64,000 nt of DNA from Candidatus Eiseniibacteriota bacterium. GTDB lineage: Bacteria > Eisenbacteria > RBG-16-71-46 > JABDJR01. This document shows, in pieces, positions 42,407 to 52,618 of the stretch. Under the pieces are notes generated by a model. The model was not told where the DNA came from and ran no database searches. It saw only the letters and a program-made list of their open reading frames with translations. Position 1 is the first letter of the stretch; every line of letters begins with the position of its first letter. Location: assembly GCA_963762255.1 (NCBI GenBank), contig CAVXKA010000003.1, positions 704,001 through 768,000 of the forward strand, read 5' to 3'. A program made the position numbers and the translations under genes.

Positions 42407-44572
42407 ATGTGTGTTCCGAGCACAGCGCGCGCCGTCGCGCTCGTCCTGATCCTTGCCGCCGTTGCGCTCCCCGCTTTCGCCGCCCCCGCGGAGACCGGAG
42501 ATCGCCGAGTCATCGTGCTCGGATTCGACGGCGCCGACTCGCACCTCACCGAACAGTATATGGACGAGGGGTATCTCCCCAACCTGGCGAAGCTGCGCGC
42601 GGAGGGTTGCTACGCGCCTCTCGGCACCACCACCCCGCCGCAGACGCCGGTGTCATGGTCTTCGTTCGCGACCGGGAAGAACCCGGGCAAGCACGGCATC
42701 TTCGACTTCCTTCGGCGCGATCTCGCAACGTATCAGCCCGACTTTGCCATGTACCGGATCGGTTCACAGCCGGTGCTGTGGGGGAAGAACAATCACTACC
42801 TGGTCGCGCTGGCGCTCCTGGCCCTGTGCGTTCTCTTGGGCGCGCTCTTCGGCGCGATCGTGCGCCGACCGGCGCGCGGGCTCTTGATCGGCGGAGGAGT
42901 GGGCGTCGTGCTGGGCGTGGCCGCCGTCTTCCTGGCCAAGGACCTCATTCCCTACCGGCGCCCCACGATCGAGAACACGCGCAAGGGGGACACCTTCTGG
43001 GAGATCGCCGGACGCAACGGGATCGCCACCGAGGTGGTGCGCGTGCCCGCCACGTTTCCCCCCGCCGCCTTCGACCACGGTCACATTCTCTCCGGTCTCG
43101 GCGTGCCGGACATCCGAGGGACCTTCGGCACGTTCACCTACTACACGACCGAACCGCTGCCGGAGAGCGTGGACGAGAACACCGAGATGGGGGGCAAGAT
43201 CATCCAGGTCTCGCTCCTGAACGGGGAGACCGATTCGTTCGTCTTCGGCCCCCGCAACCGGCTCTTCGACACGCCGCCCGATATCGAACCCAAGGTGCAC
43301 TTCAAGGTGGATCGCAGCGTCGATCCCCCCACCGTGACCGTCACCACCGCCGACGAGTCGAAGACGGTCAGGCTCGGAGAGTGGAGCGACTGGTTCACGC
43401 TGCGGTTCACATTCAGCCCGCTCGTCACCGCCGCCGGCATCGCGCGGTTCTACTTCCAGTCCTCGGAACCGTTCGGCCTCTACATGTCGGCGATCAATCT
43501 GGACCCGCATCGTCCGGTGATGTCGGTGTCGGAACCGCCCGCGTGGAGCGCGGAACTCGCCGAGGAGTTCGGCTCCTACAAGACCCTGGGCTGGGCCATG
43601 GATACCTGGGCGTTGAACGAGCTGCGCATCGACGAGAAGACGTTCCTGGAAGACGTCTACTTCACCGAGTCGAAATACGCCGAGATCATGCGGACGCTGC
43701 TCGACCGCGACGATTGGACGCTTTACGTGCACTGCTACGAGCTCACCGACCGGGTGGCCCACGTCTTCTGGCGGTTCCTGGATCCCACGCACCCCGCCTA
43801 CGACTCGACCCTCGCCGCAACCTACGGAAACGCGGTGCGCGACTCCTACGTGTTCATGGACGACGTGGTGGGCGACACGATGAAGCGGATGCGCCCCACC
43901 GACATCCTCTACGTTCTCTCCGATCACGGCTTCCACACCTGGCACCAGTCGGTGAACTACAACACCTGGCTCGTGCGTCACGGCTACATGACGCTCAAGA
44001 ACAACAGCCCCGACACCCAGAAGAAGCTGGAGGATCTGTTCGGTCAGGGGCAGTTCTGGCCGAACGTGGACTGGTCGCGGACGAAGGCCTATGCGATGGG
44101 CCTGGGCGACGTCTACATCAACTTGAAGGGGCGCGAGGCGCACGGAATCGTGGAGCCGGGCGAGGAGTACGAGCGCATCCGCGAGCAACTCATCGCCGAT
44201 CTCACCGCGTGGGCGGACACCGCCAGCGGCGACCACCCGGTTCGCCGGCTGATCAAGCGAGAGGACGTCTACAACGGGTACGATCCTGACTTGATCCCGG
44301 ATCTCTTCGCAGCCAACGCCCCTAAGTACCGCGTGTCGTGGCAGACCTCTCTCGGAGGAATCCCGCCCGATCTGCTCACGCCCAACAACCGGAAGTGGAG
44401 CGGCGATCATTGCAGCTTCGACGCCGAGATCACCAAGGGGGTCTTCTTCGCCAATCGTCGGCTCGACGCCGCCGGGGCGACGATCTACGACCTCTTCCCG
44501 ACCATCCTTCAGGACTTCGGGATCGCGGTGCCGGCGGACGTGGACGGCGAGACGCTCGCGCCACTCCCCTAG
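42407..44572 (+). CDS. alkaline-phosphatase-superfamily (nucleotide pyrophosphatase/phosphodiesterase) protein with internal TM hairpin
   Basis: VLGFDGAD, PPQTPVSWSSFATG.NPGKHGIFDF, DRVAH, SDHGF, SGDH. Two TM helices are inserted after the nucleophile region. Confidence 0.9.
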   Translation: MCVPSTARAVALVLILAAVALPAFAAPAETGDRRVIVLGFDGADSHLTEQYMDEGYLPNLAKLRAEGCYAPLGTTTPPQTPVSWSSFATGKNPGKHGIFDFLRRDLATYQPDFAMYRIGSQPVLWGKNNHYLVALALLALCVLLGALFGAIVRRPARGLLIGGGVGVVLGVAAVFLAKDLIPYRRPTIENTRKGDTFWEIAGRNGIATEVVRVPATFPPAAFDHGHILSGLGVPDIRGTFGTFTYYTTEPLPESVDENTEMGGKIIQVSLLNGETDSFVFGPRNRLFDTPPDIEPKVHFKVDRSVDPPTVTVTTADESKTVRLGEWSDWFTLRFTFSPLVTAAGIARFYFQSSEPFGLYMSAINLDPHRPVMSVSEPPAWSAELAEEFGSYKTLGWAMDTWALNELRIDEKTFLEDVYFTESKYAEIMRTLLDRDDWTLYVHCYELTDRVAHVFWRFLDPTHPAYDSTLAATYGNAVRDSYVFMDDVVGDTMKRMRPTDILYVLSDHGFHTWHQSVNYNTWLVRHGYMTLKNNSPDTQKKLEDLFGQGQFWPNVDWSRTKAYAMGLGDVYINLKGREAHGIVEPGEEYERIREQLIADLTAWADTASGDHPVRRLIKREDVYNGYDPDLIPDLFAANAPKYRVSWQTSLGGIPPDLLTPNNRKWSGDHCSFDAEITKGVFFANRRLDAAGATIYDLFPTILQDFGIAVPADVDGETLAPLP

Positions 44573-44574
44573 AT

Positions 44575-44634
44575 CCGCGGTTCAAGCGCACCGCTTCCGT
44601 GCGCCCGCGCTTCGAGCGCGCCGCCTTCGAGCGC
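44575..44634. repeat. four imperfect 15-bp tandem repeats
   Basis: CCGCGGTTCAAGCGC / ACCGCTTCCGTGCGC / CCGCGCTTCGAGCGC / GCCGCCTTCGAGCGC. Confidence 0.55.
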
Positions 44635-44701
44635 GGGGATACCCTTCGGCAATGATCCGGGCTAGACTCAAGCTCATGCAACCTACGATGGAGGAACGTC
44701 C

Positions 44702-45541
44702 TTGAGTCATCGGCAGAGCGCCTGGCACGGGGCGGGGAGCATCCTCGGCTTTCCCCCCGCCATCAGCCAGCTCGTCCTCATCAACGTCATCGTCTTTCTG
44801 CTGCAGCAGCTCACGCCGCAGATCCAGGCGTGGTTCGCCCTGGTACCCCAGCAAGTGGTTACTCAGGGGAGGATTTGGCAACTCGTCTCCTACATGTTCC
44901 TGCATGGCGGATTCACCCACATCCTCTTCAACATGTTCGGGCTCGTCATCTTCGGCAGCGATCTCGAGCGCTACTGGGGCTCCCGCGACTTCCTCAAGTA
45001 CTACTTCATCACCGGGATCGGGGCGGGGCTGATTCACATCCTGGCCGCGTACGCATTTCCCGGGAATTTCCCGCCTTCCTACATCGTTCCCACGATCGGC
45101 GCCTCGGGGGCGATCTTCGGCATCCTGGTCGCCTACGCGATGGCGTTTCCCAACCGCCAGGTCCTGCTCTGGTTCGTGATCCCGGTCTCGGCGCGCACGA
45201 TGGTAATCCTGTTCGGGTTGATCGAGCTGGTCACCGCGTTTGAGCACCAAGGCGGAGACGGCGTGGCGCGGTTCGCCCACCTGGGCGGGATGCTGGTCGG
45301 GTATGTCTACTTGAAGCAGGAGACCCTGCTCCGGCGGGCGAAGCGGAACTTGCACGGCGCGCGCGCGCGCTCGGCGCGGCCTGCCGAGTCGCCCGAGGAC
45401 GACGCGGAACGCAAGGAGCAGATCGACCGGATCCTGGAGAAGATCAGCCGCGACGGGATGGGGTCGCTAAGTAAGGAAGAGCGACGGATCCTGGCGGAGT
45501 CCGCCGAGCGGGCGCGCCGCCAGCGCGGCGGCAGCGCCTGA
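44702..45541 (+). CDS. rhomboid family intramembrane serine protease
   Basis: WQLVSYMFLH, HILFNM, GASG (Ser), AHLGG (His); C-terminal IDRILEKISRDG..SL..EE tail. GGAGG RBS. Confidence 0.95.
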   Translation: MSHRQSAWHGAGSILGFPPAISQLVLINVIVFLLQQLTPQIQAWFALVPQQVVTQGRIWQLVSYMFLHGGFTHILFNMFGLVIFGSDLERYWGSRDFLKYYFITGIGAGLIHILAAYAFPGNFPPSYIVPTIGASGAIFGILVAYAMAFPNRQVLLWFVIPVSARTMVILFGLIELVTAFEHQGGDGVARFAHLGGMLVGYVYLKQETLLRRAKRNLHGARARSARPAESPEDDAERKEQIDRILEKISRDGMGSLSKEERRILAESAERARRQRGGSA

Positions 45542-45550
45542 CCGCGCCCT

Positions 45551-46528
45551 CTACGCGAGGCCCTTGGCCCGCTTCACCGCCTCGGTGAGCTTGGGCACGA
45601 TCTCCACCGCGTCCCCCACGATGCCGTAGTCCGCGACCTTGAAGACTGGGGCATCGGGATCCTTGTTCACGGCCACGATGCGCTTGGATGTGCGCATGCC
45701 GGCCAGGTGCTGGATCGCGCCCGAGATGCCGAACGCGAGGTAGAGGTTGGGGCTCACGGTCTTGCCGGTCTGACCGACCTGATGCTCGTGATCGATCCAC
45801 CCCGCGTCCACGACGGCACGGCTCGCACCCACCGCGGCGCCCATCGCCTTGGCGAGATCGAAGAGGGCGGGGAAGTTCTCCGGGCCCTTGAGACCGCGGC
45901 CACCTGCCACGATGACGTCGGCCTCGGCCACATCCACCATGCCGGCCTCGGAGGTCTTCATCTCCGTGCAGCGCGCGCGCAGCGCGACACCCGAGACATC
46001 CAGCGCGACGGTCTCGGCGGCGACCGGCGCAACGGCTGCCGGGAACACGTTCGGCCGCGAGGCGAGCACTGCGTGCGACGCAGGCGCGTCAAGCATCCAC
46101 TCCGCCTTGCCCGCGTACTGCGGGCGCGACACCACGAGGCGCCCGTTCTCGACCGCGGCCGCGGTGACGTCCGCCAGGTAGGTCCAGTCGAGGCGCGCGG
46201 CGAGGCGGGGCGCCAGATCCTTCCCCATCGCGGTGGCCGAGACCACGAGGATCTCCGCACCCGACTTTTCGATCGCCTGCGCAGCCGCGGCGGCGTAGCC
46301 CTCGGTGGAGTAGAGGGCGAGCGCCGAGGCGTCGGCCACGTAGACCGCGCTCGCGCCGTGCTCGGCGATGCGCGCAACGAGGCCGCTCACGCCCTCACCC
46401 GCCAGGACCGCCGCCATCGTCCCCCCCGATTCCTCGGCGAGCCGCTTGCCCAGCGACAGGGCTTCGAGAGAACTCTTCTTGATCGCACCGGCGCGCTGCT
46501 CGACGAACGTCAACACCTTGTGAGCCAT
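45551..46528 (-). CDS. etfA: electron transfer flavoprotein alpha subunit
   Basis: [43 protein letters not shown] 46528 behind GGAGAGGGAG. Confidence 0.97.
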   Translation of the reverse strand: MAHKVLTFVEQRAGAIKKSSLEALSLGKRLAEESGGTMAAVLAGEGVSGLVARIAEHGASAVYVADASALALYSTEGYAAAAAQAIEKSGAEILVVSATAMGKDLAPRLAARLDWTYLADVTAAAVENGRLVVSRPQYAGKAEWMLDAPASHAVLASRPNVFPAAVAPVAAETVALDVSGVALRARCTEMKTSEAGMVDVAEADVIVAGGRGLKGPENFPALFDLAKAMGAAVGASRAVVDAGWIDHEHQVGQTGKTVSPNLYLAFGISGAIQHLAGMRTSKRIVAVNKDPDAPVFKVADYGIVGDAVEIVPKLTEAVKRAKGLA

Positions 46529-46545
46529 GGTCTCCCTCTCCTCCC

Positions 46546-47325
46546 CTAGAGCATCTTCTCGTCGTCGCGCAATGCGCGGACGAGTTCGGCCACCTGGGCG
46601 TCGGCATCGCCCTCGATCATCTTCATCTTGCGTTCCTGCGAGGGCTGGGTCACCGCGAGCACCTCGAAGCGCACCGCCGGAGCGGCGAGTCCCAGATCGC
46701 CCGCGCTCACGAGTTCGATCGGCTTCTTCTTGGCGGCCATGATCCCCTTGAGGCTCGGGTAGCGAGGCTCGTTCAAACCCTTCTGCGCCGCGATCACCGC
46801 GGGGAGCGAGAAGGCCACCTGCTCGAGACCGCCCTCCACCTCGCGCACCGCCTGACCGGACATGCCGTCGGCGGCGAACTCGAGGCCCACCACCACCGTC
46901 ACTTGAGGCCAATCGAGGCGCTCGGCCAGCATGGCCGGAATCGCCATCTGGTCGTCGTCCAGCGCCTGCTTCCCGCAGAAGATCACATCGGGCGATTCGC
47001 GCCTGACCAGCGCGGCCAGGGCCGCGGACACGGCGAGGGCGTCGGCCTGCGCGTAGACCGGATCCTTCAGCACCAACGCCTTGTCGGCCCCCAACGCCAG
47101 CGCGGCGCGCATGGCCTCCTCGATCTTCTCGCCGCCCACCGAGACCACCACCACCTCGCCCCCCTGCTTCTCCTTGAGTTGCAGGGCCGCTTCCATGGCG
47201 TACTGATCGTAGGCGTTGACTTCCCACTCCACGCCGGCCAGGTCGGCGGACTTGCCGTCGGCGGCGGGCTTGATCCGCGATTCCGTCGAGGGGACCTGCT
47301 TGAGACACACCACGATCTTCACCAC
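46546..47325 (-). CDS. etfB: electron transfer flavoprotein beta subunit
   Basis: VCLKQVP, NAYDQYAMEAAL, ALALGAD, GKQALD, REVEGG, NEPRYPSLKGIMAAKKK. Confidence 0.97.
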   Translation of the reverse strand: MVKIVVCLKQVPSTESRIKPAADGKSADLAGVEWEVNAYDQYAMEAALQLKEKQGGEVVVVSVGGEKIEEAMRAALALGADKALVLKDPVYAQADALAVSAALAALVRRESPDVIFCGKQALDDDQMAIPAMLAERLDWPQVTVVVGLEFAADGMSGQAVREVEGGLEQVAFSLPAVIAAQKGLNEPRYPSLKGIMAAKKKPIELVSAGDLGLAAPAVRFEVLAVTQPSQERKMKMIEGDADAQVAELVRALRDDEKML

Positions 47326-47499
47326 ATCCTCCTTCTGCTGAGGTCCGGCGGGGTTGGTCCGAGGCGAAAGGCGCCGCGAAGCCTACCAGCGGGCCGCAGG
47401 GAGGGTCAAACTCCGCGGCGGGTGGCGGCGCGACGCGCGTCCGGGCGAACGCGGGCGGCGTTGTTCCGGCGATCGCGCACGTGGTAGCCTCGCGCGCCC

Positions 47500-48219
47500 A
47501 TGGATCACGTACACGGCTCGACATCGCCGGGCGCCCCGCGCGCCTTCTACGAGGGCCTCGCGGGGCGCGCCCTCGATCGCTCCACCATCCGCGGCATCGC
47601 CTATCGCAACCTGGTCGTGGCGCGCCACGTCCCCGAGCGCGGGCAACGCGTGCTCGAAGTGGGCCCCGGCGAAGGATGGCTCACCCGAACGCTCGCCGGG
47701 CGCGGCCATCGCGTGATCGCAGTCGATCTCTCGCGACCCTGGCTCGCCGCGATCCGAAGCGACGCGGTCGCCGGCAAGGCGGCGGCCGAGATGACGCGCC
47801 TTCCCTTCGCCGACGCGAGCTTCGACGCCGTGGTCGCCGCCGAGGTGATCGAGCACATCCCCGACATGGCGGGCGCGCTCGCCGAAGCGGCGCGGGTGCT
47901 GGCGAGCGGCGGCCGGCTCGTGGTGACCGTGCCCTACCGCGAAACGCTTAAGTTCGCCCTCTGCGCCGACTGCGGGATCCGATACGAGGTGAACGGCCAC
48001 GTGCGCTCGTTCGACGAGGCGGATCTCGAAGCCGCACTCCAAGCCGCCGGGCTCGTGCCCGAGCGGCGCTTCATCGGACCCACCCGCTTCTCGCGCGAGA
48101 TCCTGCGGCGAGCCCCCATCGCTCCTCTGCTTCCGCTCCTCAACGCGCTCGACCGCGCGACCTATCGATCGCAACGTGTGAGCGACACGTGGATGCTCGC
48201 CACGGCCAGGCGTCCGTGA
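47500..48219 (+). CDS. class I SAM-dependent methyltransferase
   Basis: VLEVGPGEG, AVDLS, LPFADASFDAV, EVIEH, RVLASGG; CADC then GHVRSF. Confidence 0.9.
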   Translation: MDHVHGSTSPGAPRAFYEGLAGRALDRSTIRGIAYRNLVVARHVPERGQRVLEVGPGEGWLTRTLAGRGHRVIAVDLSRPWLAAIRSDAVAGKAAAEMTRLPFADASFDAVVAAEVIEHIPDMAGALAEAARVLASGGRLVVTVPYRETLKFALCADCGIRYEVNGHVRSFDEADLEAALQAAGLVPERRFIGPTRFSREILRRAPIAPLLPLLNALDRATYRSQRVSDTWMLATARRP

Positions 48220-49469
48220 ACCGAAGCGTCCGCGCGCAGCTTCGCAGCATGGGGTCGGTGTCCGCGGTGACGCTGGCCACGCTCGCCGCGTACCTGGTGG
48301 CGGTTCTTCTCCTTGGGCGCAGCCTCCCGCGCGATCGCTTCGGCTACCTCACGCTCTGGGTCTACGCGCTGAACCTGCTCGGCGCGGCGTCGCTCCTCGG
48401 TTTTCCCAACGCGGTGCTCCGCCATTTGCCGCGCGAGCGGCTGCGCGAGAGCCGCTGGCCCTCGCTCTACCCGTCCATGGCCGCGCTCAACGTCGCGGTA
48501 TGCGCGGCGGGCGCGCTCGTCTTTCGCGCGCTCTACGCCGCCTCGTGGTGGGACGCCGGCGCGCTCTTCGTAGCCAGCGCCTCGGTGGGGTTCTCGCTCC
48601 TGCCGGTCACGATGCTCCAGATCTTTCGCCGGTTCGCGATCGCTCAGGCCATCTATACCCTCTGGCGGCCGGTCCTCCTCGCAACCACGCTTCTTCTGCT
48701 CCTGCGCGGGGATCTCACCGAGCGCCCGCTGCTCGCCGCCGTCGCCGCGGCGGGGATCGCACAGCTCGGTCTCGCCCTTGTCGCGATGCGGCGCGAGCCT
48801 CGCGGCGAGACCCCGGTGCGGTTGCGCGAGATGGCACCGGATGCCGCGGTGTTCAGCGGCCTCTACGTCACCGCGATGCTCATCCTGCGGCTGGACAGCT
48901 TCTTTCTTCCCAAGCTCATGGACCTGGACGCGCTGGGGCTCTATTCCGCGCTGAGCTTCCTGATGCTGACCGGATACGGCGTGGTGTCGCTGGCACTCGG
49001 GCAGGTGCTCTCCCCCAAGCTTGCGAGCCGCGAGCCGGTGCCGCTCGGCGCGCTGACCGCGATCCTCGCCGCGGGAGGGATCGCCGTCGGCCTTGCGCTG
49101 GCGGCGGCATCGAACACGCTCCTTCCGTTCCTCTTCGGCGACCGCTACGCCGGCGACCATCGCACCGCGGCGGCGGCGCTGGCACTGGCGGGACTTCTCC
49201 AGATGCTCTACGCGGTTCCTTCGAGCCGGATCGGAGTGCTGGCCTCGGCGAGGACGTTGAGGCTCTTTCTCCCGCTCAGCCTCACCTCGCTGGCGGTGGA
49301 CGCGGCGCTGCTCTGGCTGCTCGTTCCCCGCTGGGGAATCACCGGCGCGGCCGCCGCGAGCGCGTTCACGTGGCTCTGGCGAACCGCCGGCGCCTGGGCG
49401 GTGGAGCGGATCGCGGTGCGACGCAACGGCGCAGCGCCGGCGCCGGAGCGATCGAGCCCGAGGCCCTAG
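48216..49469 (+). CDS. Wzx/MATE-like oligosaccharide flippase family membrane protein
   Basis: About 12 hydrophobic segments; LGRSL...FG, LRLDSFFL...LGLYS, LVPRWGITGAA. GTGA overlap with the methyltransferase. Confidence 0.75.
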   Translation: MNRSVRAQLRSMGSVSAVTLATLAAYLVAVLLLGRSLPRDRFGYLTLWVYALNLLGAASLLGFPNAVLRHLPRERLRESRWPSLYPSMAALNVAVCAAGALVFRALYAASWWDAGALFVASASVGFSLLPVTMLQIFRRFAIAQAIYTLWRPVLLATTLLLLLRGDLTERPLLAAVAAAGIAQLGLALVAMRREPRGETPVRLREMAPDAAVFSGLYVTAMLILRLDSFFLPKLMDLDALGLYSALSFLMLTGYGVVSLALGQVLSPKLASREPVPLGALTAILAAGGIAVGLALAAASNTLLPFLFGDRYAGDHRTAAAALALAGLLQMLYAVPSSRIGVLASARTLRLFLPLSLTSLAVDAALLWLLVPRWGITGAAAASAFTWLWRTAGAWAVERIAVRRNGAAPAPERSSPRP

Positions 49470-50176
49470 CGCGGATCGCGGTCGGGGTCGATCTCCGGAC
49501 CCAACTCGCGCGGCGGCGCGCTCCCGTCGATGATCTCCATCCCGGGCGGGATGCGAAGCGCGGTGAGCGCGTCCGCGTCGCGCGGGTTGCGCTCCACCTT
49601 GGTGAAGGTGAAGGCCACGGTGTCCCCGGTCACCTCGCGGAAGAAGAGCTTCTCGGGAAGTCCGTTCTTGCCCACCACCACGCGCACTTCCTCGAGCGGG
49701 TAGCCGGGATCGGCTTGCCGGGGGAGGAGACGCAGCGACGCGCGATGATTCCCCCACGATTCCTGGTTGATGTGAAACGCTTCCGATAGCGTGCGGTTCC
49801 GACCGCCGAAGAGGAGAAATATCTCGCTCCCCGGAGAATCCTCGCTGAAGGGATAGCGCTGGACCTGGTTCTCGCTCGGCATCACGACCCAGAGCGAGTC
49901 GCCGCGGATGACGAGCTCCTGCGGCTCCGGGGTGGTGTAGGCCAGACGGAAACGGTGCGGGGGAACGAATGCGAGCATCCCGCGCGCTTCGATCTCCTCG
50001 CCGGTGAGCGAAACACTGCGGATCTGGATGAACTCCGCGCGGACTCCGCGCAGTTCCTTGAGCGCCGCCTCCATGCGCGCCGCCTCGGGAGGCAGCGGCG
50101 GCGTGGCGGTCTGCGCGCGCACCGGGGCCGCGCCGCAGATCAGCGCGAAGAGCGTCGTCATCAGCACGGATCGCAT
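49466..50176 (-). CDS. lolA: outer-membrane lipoprotein carrier LolA
   Basis: Signal peptide; RAEFIQ...GMLAFVPPHRFRLAYTTPEPQELVIRGDSLWV..P.ENQV. Confidence 0.85.
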   Translation of the reverse strand: MRSVLMTTLFALICGAAPVRAQTATPPLPPEAARMEAALKELRGVRAEFIQIRSVSLTGEEIEARGMLAFVPPHRFRLAYTTPEPQELVIRGDSLWVVMPSENQVQRYPFSEDSPGSEIFLLFGGRNRTLSEAFHINQESWGNHRASLRLLPRQADPGYPLEEVRVVVGKNGLPEKLFFREVTGDTVAFTFTKVERNPRDADALTALRIPPGMEIIDGSAPPRELGPEIDPDRDPR

Positions 50177-50187
50177 CGGGGTCCTCC

Positions 50188-51087
50188 TCACCTCTCGTCC
50201 TCCGCTTCGGGCAAGAAATCGGGCGATAGCTCCTCGGGGCGCAGCTCGCGTGTTCCCGCCGGTACCTTGAGATCGAAGGTCGCGAGCGCGACCTCCGTGT
50301 TGATGCGCACGGTCTGGAACACGAAGCGCGCCCACTGGCCGTCGTCCTTGAGCCGCACCGTCACGTGCACCGGGAACGCCTCGGCGCCCTTCCCCTCGTA
50401 CTTCTCGTACTCCGCGACCAGGAGCGGCGCTTCGAGCTGGCTCTCGCGGCGGATCTCCAGTCGGAAGGGCTTGCCGTCGCGGCGGTCCAGCCAGATCACG
50501 CGGTGGAAGGGACTCCCCGCGCCGCCGCGCCCGGGCGGAACGACCACGCGCAGCGAGTCGCCCTCGATCGAGGCCGCGCCCCCCTCCTCCAGATCGCGCG
50601 GAGGAATCCCGGCGGGGAGGAGCACGCTGTACAGCTCGGTGGGCGGAAGGAGGAGCCCCACCGAGGCCTCGCCTTCCGGCGCCCGCACCACCGCGCGATC
50701 GCGGGGAAGGTAGAGCGTCCAACCGTCGCCGCCGCCGCTCAGGTCGAAGAGGGTAGCGAGACTCCCCCACCGTCCCTGGATGCGCGCGTTCGAGGGACGC
50801 GAGAGCACCATGGAGAAATCGAAGGCGCGCGGCCGCTGGCCCTCGGCGCCGACCCGCGCGCGCCCTCCGGCCCGCAGGGTGCGCAGCGCGGCGGCCCAAC
50901 GGTTATGGGCTTCGACGAGACGCGATACCTCGGCGCTCTCGGGCGCGGCGGGGTCCGGCCGCGACGCGGCGGCGGGTTCGTCCTTCGCGGCAGCGGCAGC
51001 GGCCGCTGCTACGGCCGGCGGAATCGTGGTGAGGAGAAGCAGCGCGGCGGCGAGGGACCCGACGCGCAGATGGGGCGATCGCATCAT
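50188..51087 (-). CDS. secreted LolA/LolB-fold protein (DUF4292-like)
   Basis: Signal peptide; TLRAGG...RPSNARIQG...LFDL...LYLP...AEYEKY...FPVHVTV...INT.V...F....P; adjacent to lolA. Confidence 0.6.
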   Translation of the reverse strand: MMRSPHLRVGSLAAALLLLTTIPPAVAAAAAAAAKDEPAAASRPDPAAPESAEVSRLVEAHNRWAAALRTLRAGGRARVGAEGQRPRAFDFSMVLSRPSNARIQGRWGSLATLFDLSGGGDGWTLYLPRDRAVVRAPEGEASVGLLLPPTELYSVLLPAGIPPRDLEEGGAASIEGDSLRVVVPPGRGGAGSPFHRVIWLDRRDGKPFRLEIRRESQLEAPLLVAEYEKYEGKGAEAFPVHVTVRLKDDGQWARFVFQTVRINTEVALATFDLKVPAGTRELRPEELSPDFLPEAEDER

Positions 51088-51140
51088 CGGCGGGGTATAC
51101 CCGCGGCGATCCCGATTGCATCCGGGCCGGCGCTTGAGGC

Positions 51141-52424
51141 TCAGTCGATGTAGCCGAGGGAGCGCAAGCGTTCCTTCAGCTCCTCGTCCACCGGGCTCTC
51201 GAGAGAGGAACCCGCGGCGGGCCGCTCGCCGGTCTCGTAGGTGGCGATGAGGTGCGTGAACTTGTCGCGCGAAACCTCGGGAGAGAGCGCCGACCAGAGG
51301 ATCTTTCCGCGCATGTCCTGCGCGGGGGGAAGCCCGAGCAGCGCGAGCACGGTGGGCGTGACGTCGTACACCCCGGCCCCGGTGATCTCTCCCTTGCCCA
51401 CCCCGCGGCCCGCCATGATGATGACGCCATCGAGCTTGTGCATCTCGACGCCGCGGTCGAGGCCACCGTGGAAGCCGTGATCGGAGACGACCAGAATCGT
51501 GGTGTTGGGGTCGGCGCTATCGAGGAAGGGTTTGATGAGCTCATCGACGTATCGGTAATAGGCGCGCATCGCCCCCTTGGCGTAGGTCATCCCCTCGGGA
51601 AGCAACGTCCCCTCCGGCACCGCCTCCGGGGTCATGTAGTTCCAGTAGAGATGCCCCATGGCATCGGTACCGCGCAGGTACACCGCGAAGAAGTCGGGCC
51701 GCTCTTCGCGGTATAGCTTCGCTCCGATGCGCGCGAACGTCTCGTCGCCGGCCATGATCCATTTGATCGGCCGCACGAACTGCTCCAGCTCCGGGGTCAT
51801 CGCCGCGGTGTCGAGGGGCGCGTCGAGGAATCGCTGCACGGAGCTCCAGGGCATCGTTCGCCACTGGACCACGTCGGGTGAGACCACCGCTTCGAGGGGT
51901 CGGGATAGGTTCGGCCTTGCACGCGCGCGCCCCTCGCCGGCCGCGTACTGAAGGTAGTCCGACACCACGAAGCCGTTCACTTCCTCCGCCGGCCAGCTCA
52001 TGAGCCAGCCCACTACTCCCGCGCTCCGACCTACGCCGGAAACGATGTTCCAGACCGCGCGCACGCGGCGGATATTCCGGGTGAGCGGCCGTCCGTTGAT
52101 CTGATCCACGAAAGACTTGATGCCATGCTCGGCCGGGCTCTTGCCGGTGGCGATGGTGGTCCAGATGGCGGGCGACTTGGCCAGAGGCTCGAGGCTGCGC
52201 AGGTTGCCGTGAACGCCCTCCGCCATCAGCCGTCCCAGGTTGGGGAGCTCTCCGGCCGCGACCATCGGGTTGATGAGATCCCACTCCGCCCCGTCGAGAC
52301 CGATGAGCAGCACCTTCCCCACCGGCTCGTGTTTGGCGCGGCCGCCGCAGGCACCGAGAGCCGCCGCGGCCGCGATTGCGAGCAGTGGAAGCCACCACGA
52401 GCGCGGACCGGACTTCGAACTCAA
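51141..52424 (-). CDS. alkaline-phosphatase-superfamily lipoprotein (phosphodiesterase-like)
   Basis: Lipobox LGA-C; LIGLDGAEW, SPAIWTTIATG...HGI, DAMGH, SDHGF, H..DG, DVTPT; C-terminal ERLRSLGYI. Confidence 0.88.
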   Translation of the reverse strand: MSSKSGPRSWWLPLLAIAAAAALGACGGRAKHEPVGKVLLIGLDGAEWDLINPMVAAGELPNLGRLMAEGVHGNLRSLEPLAKSPAIWTTIATGKSPAEHGIKSFVDQINGRPLTRNIRRVRAVWNIVSGVGRSAGVVGWLMSWPAEEVNGFVVSDYLQYAAGEGRARARPNLSRPLEAVVSPDVVQWRTMPWSSVQRFLDAPLDTAAMTPELEQFVRPIKWIMAGDETFARIGAKLYREERPDFFAVYLRGTDAMGHLYWNYMTPEAVPEGTLLPEGMTYAKGAMRAYYRYVDELIKPFLDSADPNTTILVVSDHGFHGGLDRGVEMHKLDGVIIMAGRGVGKGEITGAGVYDVTPTVLALLGLPPAQDMRGKILWSALSPEVSRDKFTHLIATYETGERPAAGSSLESPVDEELKERLRSLGYID

Positions 52425-52618
52425 TGGGTTCTTACCTTTCCCTGAGGGTTGGTCCCGCGGCGACGCGAACGAACGCCGCGACCGCATAACTCTATCAGGG
52501 GGTCCCACCCCGCTCAAGGCGGCCCCGGTTGCGCCCCCGCCCGCTTCCGGTATGCTGTCTCGCTCCGGGCACGACCACATCGGGTCGGGTGCGGGCGAAG
52601 GATCACGAAGAGGCCCAG

